A stretch of DNA of 64,000 nucleotides, from assembly GCA_951406725.2 (NCBI GenBank), contig OX597814.1, forward strand, positions 129,208,001 through 129,272,000, given 5' to 3'. Positions within the stretch are counted from its first letter, which is position 1. Each line of letters starts with the position of its first letter. The translations under genes and the position numbers were made by a program. Origin of the DNA: Octopus vulgaris (lineage: Eukaryota). Below are positions 49,004-62,517 of the stretch, piece by piece. Under the pieces are notes generated by a model. The model saw only the letters and a program-made list of their open reading frames with translations, did not search any database and was not told the origin of the DNA.

Positions 49004-50837
49004 TTAATCATCATATAGTGTATCTAGCAAATCAAGAAGACACAAACAATGACACACACACACACATACCTTCTTACATACAAGAGACTTCCTTCAGTTT
49101 CTCTCTATAAAATCCACTTACAAGGTTTTGGTCAGCCTTGTGCCATAGTTAAAGGCACTCGCCCAAGGTTCCACACAGTGCAACTGAACCCAAAACCATG
49201 CGTTTGGAAAGCAAATATTAACCATAGATTTATGCCCTTCTTGCATCTATTCCATGTTTCCATTTATGCCATGCATGCACCTATTGTGTGTGTGTATATA
49301 CTCACACACATATACAGAATGATGGTACTCTCGTGCCTAAACAGATTATAGTTATCTCATGTTAGTGGAGATAATCAAAATATACAAGTTGTCCTTCATC
49401 TCTCTTGGGGGTTCATAAAATAATTACCAAAAATGATTACCAATACTATATATTGGAAGGATAACATCCTAAAGGTTGTCATCATCAGTAAGATTATGAT
49501 GATGATGATGCTAATAATAATAGTAATTCCAATGATAGTGATGATAAAATATCAATAAATTCAAATTTTTCATAGAAATTTGTTGCATGCATTTATTAAA
49601 ATATGTAATCAAAATGTCTACTCCCAAAGTTCAACAAGTAGTTAGTTGTAATTGAATTAGCTCTCCTTGTAGATTATCTTGAGTACAGTTTTGTAGTTGA
49701 CAAGAAGCATTGATTGATTGATATAAATAAGGGAAATCATGAAATGTTTGAGATACGTTGTTGTTTCCAATATTATTTTTCACTCTTTGACCTTTTCTTT
49801 ACACTCTTTACTCTTTTACTTGCTTCAGTCATTGAACTGTGGCCATACTGGAGCACCATCTGAAAGGTTTATCTGATTAACTAACCTTAGTAGTTATTTT
49901 ATTTTCTGATACTTATTCTAAGAATTGCTTTTTACTGAACTGCTAGATTACAGGAATGTAAACAAACCAACACTGGTTGTCAACTGATGGGAAACAAACA
50001 CTAACAGATATGCATATAGATACACATACAGTCTACCAAATTCACCCACAAGGCATTGACCAACCCAGGTTATAGTAGCAGACATTTACTCATTGGGATT
50101 GAGCCTGAAACCACACAGCTGCAAAGCTAACTTTTTGAAAACACAGCCATATCTGTGCTATGTGTGTGTGTGTGTGCACAAGTGTGAACACAGAATTAAT
50201 ATCTACTCTGTTTCATGTTTCAATTGGTTTTATTTCTGATCATTATCTGATATGGTAATCATACACATGTGTTGTGTTTGTGTAGAGGGAGAGAAAGTAC
50301 CGGAATAAATCCAACCTTGGAACCCCTATTTATAAAGCAAGAATAATAGTGCCCTTATCCTGTGGCACATATACCTAGTGTACTAAGTGTAAATCTTAGT
50401 CTTTTAATGTTGTTAGTGATAGAGGAGAGAGCTGCTGTTATCATTTGATATCTGTTTTCATATCCTTTCAAGATACTGACCACATTAGTTATGATAACTG
50501 TTTTGAGACCAATTAATAATAATAATAATACTCATTATAAAGGGAGTAAAGATTTTGTTGTTGACCGTTTGTTCTGGAGCTTTCAGCTTTGACTGAATAT
50601 TAAAAGCAGTTAAAAGAACTCCAAGTATGACCTTTCCATCGTTTTGTATTTGTGGGACCATATTGTCTGCTGTGTCCTTATTTCAAGACAGCAGGGTCTA
50701 ACTGGGGAGAACTTTGTTATTTTTGTCATGTTCAGTGACTGAGTAAAGGCTCCCTCATTGACGTTTTAGTCATAATCCCATTGAACATTGCTATGAATAT
50801 TGATATTTAATTCAAATAACAATATATTGATCCTTAA

Positions 50838-51058
50838 TCCTTTAGTGTTCAGAATACTCTGTTAAATGTAATACTTTTTCACTCAAATTGTTTTGAATTA
50901 ATCATGCATTATCTTATAGCTTTGAGGTTTCAATGATGTGATTGCTTATTTTCAGAATGGCATTGTAGGTTAGGAGTGAGAGGCTAGATATCACCAGTTT
51001 GAATATAAAACATGTAGAATATATTGGGCCGGATTTGGCCGGTTTAAACACTAAAGGG
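50838..51058 (-). mobile_element. piggyBac-like MITE P2
   Basis: TTAA|TCCTTTAGTGTT...AACACTAAAGGG|TTAA, 221 bp. Confidence 0.85.
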
Positions 51059-51374
51059 TTAATCTAAACATATTTGAATTTAAAGATCATTCTATAAATA
51101 TTGATCTTGAATTCAAATAACAGTATATTGATCCTTAAGCTGCACAACATTCCCTAAAAACTTATCAAATAGTATTAATTGTGGCCTATTTCAGTGATTG
51201 CAAGTTTATTTCCCCAACTCTTTTCGTCAGTTTTATCTAGGATTTCATTATCCAAGATTATCCAAATGTCTTTTAGGATGGTAATGTGTGGTTTGAGGAA
51301 GATTGAACAGCTTTTTATAACAGGTTAGGGGTAGCGGTAACATAGAAACACTCACTTCAGTTTACTTCTGTATG

Positions 51375-51536
51375 TATAAGTGCAGGAGTGGCTGTGTGGT
51401 AAGTAGCTTGCTTACCAACCACATGGTTCCGGGTTCAGTCCCACTGCGTGGCACCTTGGGCAGGTGTCTTCTACTACAGCTTCTGGTCGACCAAAGCCTT
51501 GTGAGTGGATTTGGTAGATGGAAACTGAAAGAAGCC

Positions 51537-51592
<56 letters not shown>

Positions 51593-51791
51593 GTTTGTGT
51601 GTCTGTGTTTGTCCCTCCAACATCGCTTGACAACCGATGCTGGTGTGTTTATGTAACTTAGCGGTTCAGCAAAAGAGACCGATAGAATAAATACCGGGCT
51701 TACAAAGAATTAGTATTGGGGTCGATTTGATTGACTAAAGGTGGTGCTCCAGCATGGCCACAGTCAAATGACTGAAACAAGTAAAAGAGTA
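51375..51791 (+). mobile_element. SINE-A full length
   Basis: Colinear, long internal (TA)n. Confidence 0.9.
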
Positions 51792-52197
51792 TAAATACAA
51801 TCATCATCATTATCATCGTTTTGAAGTCCACTTTTCCATGTTTGCATGGGTCAAGTAAAATTTGGCTGGTTCTTTGGCTAGTTGCCCTTCTTGTAATCAA
51901 TCCTCACCTGTTTCCAAGCAAGATAATAATCCTGTAGTCTATCAAACAACAAAAATCCTGGACATTGTTATGCAGTGAATTGGAAGTGAATAACGCTGTT
52001 TGTTTTGATAGTGACTTGTTTCCAATCACCAAATAAACATTAAGACGAGGAGAAATATGAACTCATTCACGCAAATACGAATATGCACACAGACGTATGT
52101 ACATATATACACACACATATACAATAGGTTCCTTCAGTTTCTGTCTACCATTTTCACATGCAAGTATTGGTCAACCTGTGAATGTACTGTAGAATGC

Positions 52198-52520
52198 TCA
52201 AAATCTCTCGTGGAAACGTCATCCAACCAAAGTACAAATATATGGGAAATTACCACCTGTATCATCTCTTGTGAAAGGTAGAAGAGTTCAGTTTGCTGGA
52301 CATTGTTGTAGAGCTGAAAACAAGGTAATTTCTACTCTTCTCCTTTGGAAGCCATCTGCTCGCGATACCAGAGGGCACACACTCTCCTACCCTGATGTAA
52401 TCTCCAGGGATACAGGCATCCAGCAACAGAACCTCTGTAATGCTATAATGGACTGTCAAGTCTGGTGTAACATAGTAAATTCCATTGTCTCAACCACAGT
52501 TGAACAATGATGAATGATGA
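52198..52520 (+). mobile_element. RTE-clade LINE 3' fragment with 10-bp TSD
   Basis: NLSWKRHPTKVQIYGKLPPVSSLVKGRRVQFAGHCCR...VW...* followed by a (GAT)-type tail. TSD tgtagaatgc at 52188-52197 and 52521-52530. Confidence 0.85.
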
Positions 52521-53031
52521 TGTAGAATGCCAGCTGACAGCATTCCTGAAATGGCACCAGAGTAAAGGGTAAAGATCTCCTTCGGTCATGAATGACCATG
52601 GGATTGCACCTAGAAAGTTCCCTTCCAAGGCATAAGGCCGGACAAGGTTGTTTATGGAAGACCAGCAGTTGCCCATGCATACCAGCTTCACCCCGCCATA
52701 CCACTGATGCTATCCAAGGGAAAGGCAAAGGCAGATATAGCTTGGCACCCTGATGTTGCAGCTCATTTCTACAGCTGAGTAGACTGGTGTAATGAGAAAT
52801 AAAGTGTCATGCTCAAGAACACAACACACAGCCTGGTCCAGGAATCAAACTACCTCATGATTGTAAGCCCCGACATTCTAACCAGTGAGCCAAGCACCTT
52901 CACGTAATTGCACCAAACCTCTAATAACATGGTTCCCAAGCAGACTTCTTAACCATACAGCCATGCCTACATCCATATGAATCTTATATGAAGCAACACA
53001 TTTGTCTTTTTCATATATAATATGCAATATT

Positions 53032-53262
53032 AAGGTGGCGAGCTGGCAGAATCGTTAGAATGCCGGGCGAAATGCGTAGCCGTATTTCATCTGCCGCTAC
53101 GTTCTGAGTTCAAATTCCGCCGAGGTCGACTTTGCCTTTCATCCTTTCGGGGTCAATAAATTAAGTACCAGTTAGGCACTGGGGTCGATGTAATCGACTT
53201 AATCCGATTGTCTGTCCTTGTTTGTCCCCTCTATGTTTAGCCCCTTGTGGGTAATAAAGAAA
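53032..53262 (+). mobile_element. Young SINE-B just upstream of exon D
   Basis: CpG-rich full-length copy. TSD catatat(a/t)atatgcaatattaa at 53012-53033 and 53263-53284. Confidence 0.92.
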
Positions 53263-53308
53263 CATATATTATATGCAATATTAATGGTGTCAAAATATTA
53301 TTTTCCAG

Positions 53309-53471
53309 CTCTCCAGAGTGCCTTCTCCATCCAGTGCAAGAGACATGAAATTGTTCTAGAGAAAGAAGGCAATAGCTTTGGTTTCACTCTGAGAGGTGGC
53401 TTGTCTTTGGAACGAATGAAATCTCATGCTTTAACCGTAACTTCTGTTCGAGCCGGAGGTCCAGCTGATCG
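53309..53471 (+). CDS. GRIP1: GRIP-family coding exon D (first half of PDZ2)
   Basis: ttttccag acceptor, gtaagt donor, phase 1/2. Encodes (A)LQSAFSIQCKRHEIVLEKEGNSFGFTLRGGLSLERMKSHALTVTSVRAGGPAD(R), similar to GRIP1 KEGNTFGFVIRGG...VRPGGPADR. Confidence 0.95.
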
Positions 53472-53649
53472 GTAAGTCTGAAGAATCTTTAATGTTGTAG
53501 GAGAAGAAAAATGTCATGAAATAGATTACTTAAGTTCTTAAATCACAAAACTAAAAAATTACTGCTCTGGTGATTAATTTATGAAGTAATTTCTGGGTCT
53601 GATTGGCCTAAATCAAAGAGTTCATTTTATCAATAATATATTACATAAC

Positions 53650-53795
53650 CAAGGTGGCAAGCTGGCAGAAACGTTAGCATGCTGGGCGAAATGCTTAGCG
53701 GTATTTCATCTGCCTTTACATTCTGAGTTCAAATTCCACCAAGGTTGACTTTGCCTTTCATCCTTTCAGGGTTGATAAATTAAATACCAGTTAAG
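53650..53795 (+). mobile_element. SINE-B, 3'-truncated
   Basis: Head and core only. Confidence 0.85.
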
Positions 53796-54221
53796 TACCT
53801 CCTAGTGTGATTGAAACAGTGGACATTTACTTTGAACTTTTACAATATTGACAATCAAATACACCAGATGTGGTGGTTATGTTATAATTTATACATTTAA
53901 CTGGTAACACTCTAAAGATGTACTCCTGTCTATACTTAGAAACCATTTTATTATATCCCAAGTCTAATCCTCAAGGATAGCTACAATGTAGATTACAGAG
54001 ATAATGGGGCATGTTAAATTCATCAAGGTAGAAGTAGTAGTGCTTGTAACCTTTCAGGTCCATCAAAATAAATCACATTGGTGTTGCTGAAGACTAATGT
54101 GAACATGATCCTCTCAATGTCTGCTGTGACAACATGGGTAAAAGAGGGTATCTAGTGTGAAGGCTTGCAAGAGAGTCAGCAGAAGCTACAGCAGCAGCAT
54201 TTTATATTCACTTCCCTATAC

Positions 54222-54435
54222 TACCTATTTCTTTACTACCCACAAGGGGCTAAACACATAAGGGACAAACAGATCAAGTCGATTACATCGACCCTAGTGC
54301 GTAACTGGTACTTAATTTATCGACCCCGAAAGGATGAAAGGCAAAGTCAACCTCGGCAGAATTTGAACTCAGAACATAACAGCAGACAAAATACTGCAAA
54401 GCACTTCACCCGGCGTGCTAACATTTCTGCCAGTT
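54222..54435 (-). mobile_element. SINE-B
   Basis: Reverse complement, tail type 1. A similar copy is at 60190-60425 (-). Confidence 0.85.
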
Positions 54436-54919
54436 ATACTACTGTAGATTAAACAGTTTTTGTGAGACAGTGTCTTTTGGCCTTCCTATCACCAAATCTT
54501 CTAACCCCCTTACACAACACCCAGGGTTGCAGTGTGCCTATTCTAAAACCTCTTCTGCGACACAGTAACATACATGAACGAAAACAAGCTCCACTTAAAA
54601 TTATCCAAAGTCCATGTTGTAGTTTTAAGCTGGTTATCTTGTTAGACCTACCACCCAGTAGCCTGTTGATGGACAGTTATTCTTTAAAATACCAAGCTGC
54701 AAAATGATATTATAACCATCATCATCATCATCGTTTAACATCCGTTTTCCATGCTAGCATGGGTTGGACAGTTCGACCGGGGTCTGGGAAGCCAGGAGGC
54801 TGCACCAGGCTCAGTCTGATCTAGCAATGTTTCTACGGCTGGATGCCCTTCCTAATGCCAACCACTCCGTGAGTGTAGTGGGTGCTTTTTACGTGCCACC
54901 GGCACAGGTGCCAGGGTAG

Positions 54920-55140
54920 GCTATTATATAAAATCCATTCTGTCTGTATTTGTGCGTGTCTTCTAGGATCTCGGGCATCCTCCATCCAATTGCGCTCAAA
55001 TTAGATATGTAGATACCGACGGTATCAGGGCATGTATAAGTCTTGAAAAAATTTCAAAAATCGATTCCAGGTGAGAATGAGATCGATAAAGTGAATAAAA
55101 TCGTTTTCCTTTGGAATAGAAAAAAGTCTATCTTTATTTC
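54920..55140 (+). mobile_element. Possible non-autonomous Helitron-like 5' portion
   Basis: ctattatataaaa start, gtctgt tract and ccaattgcgctcaaatt motif; CpG-richer than flanks. No 3' CTRR end identified. Confidence 0.3.
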
Positions 55141-55746
55141 TTTTGCTGGTGTCTCAAATTTAGGATAAATCAGTGTTTCTCAAAGAGGAGGCCTATGGGA
55201 CAGTCAGACAAGTTGTTTTGAGAAAATTTGGTTTAAATGTTTGACAACTCAGCACCGTCCATTGGACGTGGGGGGGGGGGGAGTTTTGCTCGTAAACATA
55301 TATGGATACTATGCTACCTTGTATTTTTAGTAATTAGTGTATACAAAAATGTTATGTTGCGCAACATAGCAACATTATTTTCTTGTGATGAAAGTATGTG
55401 CACACTGGATATATATAATAACTATAATTATCAATTATTACATTACTTTTGGTAGCTCACAATTTGTGTGTGTATATGCATTAATTCCTTTTGGGAGTTG
55501 ATGGCAAAATGTGTGTGTGAGTGTGTGCACATGTGCAGAGCTTAGTGAGAACATTGTATGAATATATATGGAGATTTACATAGTAAATAAATGATACTAT
55601 GATAGTATATCATTTATTCTATTATTCTCTCTCTCTTCTTGTACATTTATATATATATGTGTATGTTTGGGTATATCTAGCTATCTCTCTCTCTCTCTCT
55701 CTAGATATATATCTGTGTGTGTGTATGTATATATATATTATATATG

Positions 55747-55778
<32 letters not shown>

Positions 55779-56346
55779 TATCTATACATATATATGTATA
55801 TATATATATATACACACACACATATCTATCTATACATATATATATATATACACACACACACATATCTATATATGCACGTAAATATAAGCATTGCCATACA
55901 CATAAAGATACTCAATAAACATAGTTGTGTGTAAAGAAGCATATCATCTTAACTATACAATATTTATGATGCTAAAATTCTATGTAGCGTGTCATATTAA
56001 ATGTCCATAGTGAGACATTTAATATCACACATTAATAAATGCTGATAGGATCAATATTTCTACATAATCATTTCGGCATTTGCAAACACACATATAAACA
56101 TACAAACCAAACAACCGACTTACCAACCAACTAGCCAACCAAGAAATATAGCAATTGTAAAATATTTAAGCATTTCAGTGAAATGGTTGACATCTCAATG
56201 TCTTTCTACAATTTTGGCTTGAAACATGATGTTTCTGTTCTGTGGAATTTTATTGAAAATCTGCAAAAAGAAAATGGTATCGAATACTGTTGTGAAGAAA
56301 GTTACATAAGCAGATCCGAAAACCCAGTTTTCATTAGTATAGTAGT

Positions 56347-56890
56347 CATCATCATCATCATCATCATTTAACGTCCGCTTTCCTTGCTAGCATGGGTTGG
56401 ACGATTTTAACTGAAGGCTGGTGAACCAGATGGCTGCACCAGGCTCCAATCTTGACCTGGCAGAGTTTCTACAGCTGGATGCCCTTCCTAGCGCCAACCA
56501 CTCCGAGAGTGTAGTGGGTGCTTTTTACGTGCCACCGGCACAGGGGCCTGTCAGGCGGTACTGGCAATGACCTCGCTCGAATCATTTTACACATGCCACC
56601 GGCACAGGTGCCAGTAAGGCGATGCTGGTAACAATCACGCTCGAACTGTGCCCTTTTATGTGCCACCGGCACAGAAGCCACTTAGCCGCTCTGGCAACGA
56701 TCATGCTCGGATGGCCCTCTTGGCACCCTAATAGCACAAATGCCAGTAAGGTGACACTGGTAACGTTCACACTCGATTGGTGCCTTTTATGTGCCACTGG
56801 CACGGAATCTGGTTAGCCGCTCAGTCAACGATCACACTCGTATGGTGCTCTTTGACCCCGCTAGCACGGATGCCAGTCATCGAATTTGAT
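56347..56890 (-). mobile_element. Element E, long copy
   Basis: About five full ~63-70-bp units plus a partial one. Confidence 0.9.
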
Positions 56891-57046
56891 ACTAATGATA
56901 AATAACAGCTTCTGAGCTAGGCATAAGGCTGATAATTTTGGGAGGAGTTAGTCAATGCCATCAACCCTGTTATGCAAGCGGCACTTTACTTTATTGACCC
57001 TAGAGTGATGAAAGGCAAAACTGACCTTTGTAGCATTTGAAATTAA

Positions 57047-57535
57047 CCTTTTAGTGTATATAAACTGGCAATATTAAGCCCAAATATTCTAGCCATTTTA
57101 TTTTCAAACTGGCCAGATCTGGCTTCTTACACCTACCTTACAATTACTTTGTAAGGAGCATAGGGCTGGTTTCGTAGTTTCTCTGGTGTATATCATATTC
57201 CCCCTCCCCACCTTCCACAGATGGTATGCCAGTCCATCATAGATTTATTCACTTTTACCTGCTGCATGGACTGGAACAGGATGAATTGAAGTGTTTTACT
57301 TAAGAACACTATGCATTGCCTGCTCCAGGAATCAAAACCTCAACCTTATGATCATGAGTCCAACACTGTGACCACTAAGCCATGCTTCTCCATCCTCACA
57401 ATGTCATTCTGAAAATAAAAATAAACAATCACATCATTGAAATCTTGAAGCTTCAAGATAATGCGTGATTAATTCAGAACAATGTAAATAAATAATAAAT
57501 ATTATATTTGATAGAGTAATGTGAAAGATAAAGGG
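57047..57535 (+). mobile_element. piggyBac-like MITE P2 with nested SINE-D
   Basis: TTAA TSD; internal sequence matches 48584 and 50838 after removing 57155-57392. Confidence 0.75.
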
Positions 57536-58197
57536 TTAAAGAAATAGAAATGGTTTCTAATTTCGGCACATGGTGAACATTTTTGAGATGTGGGGTTAGG
57601 CAATACCATCATCCCCTGTTTTTGACTGGAATTTTAATTTATTGATCTGGGAGGGATGAAAGGCAATGTTGACTATGATGGCATTTGAACTCAGCTCATC
57701 AAGAGCTGGAAGAAATAGCACAAAGCAATTTTCCTAATGCTCTAACAGCTCTGCCAAATTCTGCACCTTATGTACTAGTAAAAAAATAATGGTTTCTAAT
57801 TTTAGTAGAGGGCCTGCAGTTTCTTGAGGAAGAGGAAGTCAATTACATTGATTCCCCCCACTCCCCAGTATTTGACTGGTACTTATTTTATTGACCTCCA
57901 AAAAGAAGAAAGGCAAAGAGCTCAGATCATAAAGACAGACAAAAGGCCACTAAGCATTTTGGCTGGTGTACTGATGACTCTGCCAGCTTGCCGTCTAGTA
58001 ATAAATAATATATCAAAAATGTAATTTGACTGATGTGTTAGAATAGAATCAAATCTGTGGTGCTGAGCAGAATATTTGCTGTAGCCCTTTTTTTTATACC
58101 AAGTCAAAACATGTACATGATAAAAACTTCCAATCAGTTAAGATCAGAAGCCATGAGAGTGCTGGGTACTGCATCAGGGCATTTATGATGATGATGA

Positions 58198-58800
58198 TCA
58201 TCATCATTGTTTTACGTCCGCTTTCCATGCTAGCATGGGTTGGACGATTTTGACTGAGGGCTGGCGAACCACACAGCCACGCCAGGCTCCAATCTTGATC
58301 TGGCAGAGTTTCTACAGCTGGATACCCTTCCTAACGCCAACCACTCCGAGAGTGTAGTGGGTGCATTTTACGTGCCACCGGCACAGGGCCAGTCAGGCGG
58401 CACTGGCAATGACCTCGCTCAAACCTTTTTACACATGCCACCGGCACAGGTGCCAGTAAGGCGACATTGGTAACGATCACGCTCGAATGTTGCCCTTTTA
58501 TGTGCCACTAGCATGGAGCCAGTTGGCTGCTCTGGCAACGATCACGCTCGGATGGTGCTCTTGGCACCCTACTAGCACAGGCACAAGTGCCAGTAAGGTA
58601 ACACTGGTAATGATCACAGTCGAATGGTGTCCTTTTATGTGCCACTGGCATGGAAACCGGTTAGCCACTCTCTCAACAATCACCCTCGTATGGTGCTCTT
58701 TGCACTCCGCTAGCACGGATGCCAGTCATCGAATTTGATTTTGATTTCACTTGTCTCAACAGGTCTTCGCAAGCAGAGTTTAGTGACCAAAGAAGAAGAC
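58198..58800 (-). mobile_element. Element E, longest copy
   Basis: Unit starts near 58372, 58435, 58502, 58570, 58639 and 58708; appears to extend beyond the array. Confidence 0.9.
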
Positions 58801-59142
58801 CAAAGACCATTATTATTATTATTATTATTATAATTTTCATCATCATCATCATCATGTCACCAAGAACTAAGTCTTTAGATTGATTTACCTGAGTTATAGT
58901 CCTGAGAGTAACTTTTGTTAAGTTCCCTCAATATACTTTTTTTATATTTCAACTAGGCCTTGCAACATAAAGACAAAGCCTGTTTGTCAAAATGGCAGAA
59001 TTTGGAGATGATAATGCAACTAAATGGTCATTCGTCTCATCCCCCCACCTCGAAACATTGAAACATTTTATGATATTTTTATATTGATTTATATTTTGTT
59101 TGTTTTTTTACTGTTTTTATTTACTGCTTTTTGTTTATATAG

Positions 59143-59288
59143 GGATGGCCATTTAAAGGCAGGTGATAGAGTAATTGCAATCAATGGATTCAATGTAGCT
59201 CACCTGAGTCTTTCAGAAACAATGGCCATGATGCAGAAGTGTGAATCACGATCAGCGTTCCTTGTCGAGTATGATGTTTCAGTGATGG
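59143..59288 (+). CDS. GRIP1: GRIP-family coding exon E (second half of PDZ2)
   Basis: Long T-rich tract + tatag acceptor, gtaagt donor, phase 2/1. Encodes (R)DGHLKAGDRVIAINGFNVAHLSLSETMAMMQKCESRSAFLVEYDVSVM, including the GRIP-characteristic EYDVSVM. Confidence 0.95.
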
Positions 59289-60789
59289 GTAAGTATGGAT
59301 CACTTTCTGAATATTGGAATATATACGATAGAGTGTAAGAGGAAGAGATGGAGAACATATTAGGGATAAGATTTATCGGAGAGATGAAAAAAATTTCTGA
59401 TTACTTATCTCAAAGGATCCTTCTAATCACTGCACTTAAAGAATTCTGCCCTTTAAATTAACATCAACTACATATATACACCCCACCTCACACACACACA
59501 TACAAAAACAAACAAAGCGGCTATATTAATCAAAATGTACAGTATTATACACTGTCTACCTCTGATGAGTGCAGAGTTTTATAATTGGACTTTGACCTAA
59601 AACTCCATTGAACCCCTAGTGCAAAACTGATTGGTAAGATCAGCTATAATGGATATAAAATACTGTATGCTTTGATTAATATATATATACACATTTATTT
59701 AGAGAAAGAACATAGTCATAATGTGGTACTCATTTATTCCAGGTGGCACTTTGGGTAGGTGTCTTTCACTATAGCCCCGAGCTGACCGGAGCTTTGTGAT
59801 TGAATTCGGTAGGTGGAAGTTACTGCCGTGTGTGTATATGTGCATGTAAGTGCTTGTGCCTCTCCGAAAGAGAGAGAGGGTTACATATATTTTAGTATTT
59901 GGAAACACCTGACATGACACTATAGATGGAGACAACCACTGTGCACAAGCAACAGTGGGAGTTTAATGCAATTAACATTTGAGCAGAAATTGAGTGGTTT
60001 AATTGTTGTTTATCAAGCATATCCTATCATACTTACATATATATTTATGTGTGTGTCTATCTGTCTGTGGATAAAATGATTAATAAATCAGGTATGCAAA
60101 AAAAAAAAAAAAAAAGCAAGAGACATTTCGTTTTAAATTAGTTACATATTATTCAAATAGCATCTGTGGTTTGGAAACAAACTTCCTAACCTATTTCTTA
60201 ACTACCCACGAGGGGCTAAACACAGAGAGGACAAACAAGGACAGACAAATGGATTAAGTCGATTATATCCACCCCAGTACGTAACTGCTACTTATTTAAT
60301 CGACCCCTAAAAGGATGAAAGAAAAAGTCTACTTCGGCAGAATTTGAACTCAGAACGTAGCGGCAGACGAAATACCGCCAAGCATTTCCGCCGGCGTGCT
60401 AACGACTCTGCCAGCTCACTACCTTTTATTTGCTCCTACAATCTGGCGCATGTACCGTTTCCAATGTGATAGATTGTAGGAGCAGGTGTGGCTGTGTGGT
60501 TAGGAAGTTTGCTTCTAAACCACATGATTTTAGGTTCAGTCCCATTACTTATGGAATTATGACAGTAATTTACAATTACTATGAGATGTCAAGACAAGAA
60601 CTCACCCCCCACCCACACACATATAGTTTGATAGGTATATGTACACATGATGAGCTTCTATTTACCAAATACTATATATGCTTTAGACAGCCAAGAGCTG
60701 TCATAGAAAGCATTTGCCCAAGGTGCCACACAGTGGGACTGAACCTGATACCATATAGTTGAGAAAAAACTTCCCAACCCACATAACCA

Positions 60790-61190
60790 TACTCTTTTAC
60801 TTGTTTCAGTCATTTGACCACGGCCATGCTGGAGCACCGCCTTTAGTCGAGCAAATCAACCCCAGGACTTATTCTTTGTAAGCCTAGAACTTATTCTATC
60901 AGTCTCTTTTGCCAAACCGCTAAGTTATGGGGACGTAAACACACAGGCATCGGTTGTCAAGCGATGTTGGGAGGGGGACAGACACACAAACACACACACA
61001 TATATATATATATATATACATATAAATGATAGGCTTCTTTCAGTTTCAGTCTACCAAATCCACTCAAGGCTTTGGTCGGCCTGAGGCTATAGTAGAAGAC
61101 ATTTGCCCAAGGTGCCACGCAGTGGGACTGAACTCAAAACCATGTGGTTGGTAAGCGAGCTACTTACCACACAGCCACCCCTGCTCCTAA
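60790..61190 (-). mobile_element. SINE-A full length, upstream of exon F
   Basis: Reverse complement of consensus. Confidence 0.9.
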
Positions 61191-61352
61191 TATATCTTAA
61201 TATAAGTACCCCAGTCTAGATATATTATTCATTGTGATTCAGTAAGTTTTCTGCTGTTTGTTAAATTATATTTTTAGAATGTATTACATTGAACACTCCC
61301 ATTATGCATTTACAATTTGTCTATACTGTATTGAACTGTATATTGCTTATAG

Positions 61353-61500
61353 ATGCTGTCCAGAATGCCACTGGTCCATTATTGGTTGAAATTGAGAAAG
61401 TTCCAGGTGTGTCCATTGGTATTGGGCTTAGTCATGTTACACATAATAGCAAACGGTCAATTAGCATCGAAACTGTTGCACCCATGGGAATTGCAGACAG
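61353..61500 (+). CDS. GRIP1: GRIP-family coding exon F (first half of PDZ3)
   Basis: ttatag acceptor, gtaagg donor, phase 1/2. Encodes (D)AVQNATGPLLVEIEKVPGVSIGIGLSHVTHNSKRSISIETVAPMGIAD(R), similar to GRIP1 [24 protein letters not shown]...IADR. Confidence 0.95.
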
Positions 61501-62517
61501 GTAAGGATTACCTACCATAATATATAATTATGATATGCATATGTGTGTGGCTGTGGTGAGTGTGACAGTGTCATTTGTCATTTATTTAATGTCCTCTGTT
61601 TCATGCTTGAATGGGTCAGATGGAATTTGTTGAAGTAGATTTTCTATGGCCAGATGCTCTTCCTGTTACCAACCTTCACCTGTTTCCAAGTAAAGTAATA
61701 ATATTTTCTCATGGCCAGACACAGAAGACTAGAGATGAACAACTTTGCTTGTATAATGATGATGCTCATTTACAACCATCATGTGATACCGTAAATCCTC
61801 GAGTATAGTCCACCCTTGAGTATAATATGCAAGTTATTAGCTGCAATTTCTAGCAAGTTGAGAGAACACATAGAAACTCCTTCATTATATTCAAGTTTAT
61901 ATCAGTATAAAGCCAAGGCATAAAGTGAGAGTGTTGATCTATGAGTAGGTAAAATGGGAAAGACAAACTATAGAAGAATAATAAAGTGGAATTAAATTAT
62001 ACCAAATTTTTGTATAATGTGTATATATGAATATTTTATTGATTAATCTGCTGAATAATCCGACCATATCTTGTTTCTTTACTTATTTTTAAACATCATG
62101 TAAATACATAATGTTCAGAACAGTCAAAATAAAACAAAAATTTATATATATAAATTAAATTTTCAGCCGTTTAATCAATACAGCATCTAAACATTAACTG
62201 GGAAGTTTATGTCCGAGTTGATGGTAGACTTCAAAAACCAATGAGAGGACGGTGCTTTATAACCCATTAATTGCACTGCATTGTCTTCATGGCCAAGACG
62301 CGTGACTCTTTAGTCGTCCAGTTCATCCAACTAAAAATAGGCACCACGAGATTGGGAAAACTGTATAATTATCGAACAGTCCCACTTCCATCTTTGAGTA
62401 CACACATGCATGTGTGAATGCATGCGTGTATAAATTGTGTTTGTGTGCATATATATATATATATATGATTGTGTGTGTGTCTGTGTGTATATATATAATA
62501 TAATAAAATATATGTAT

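Noticed and set aside
56520-56890. CRISPR-like appearance of the ~65-bp units
   Set aside because: Units are homologous along their whole length, with no unique spacers and no cas genes, in a eukaryotic retroposon context.
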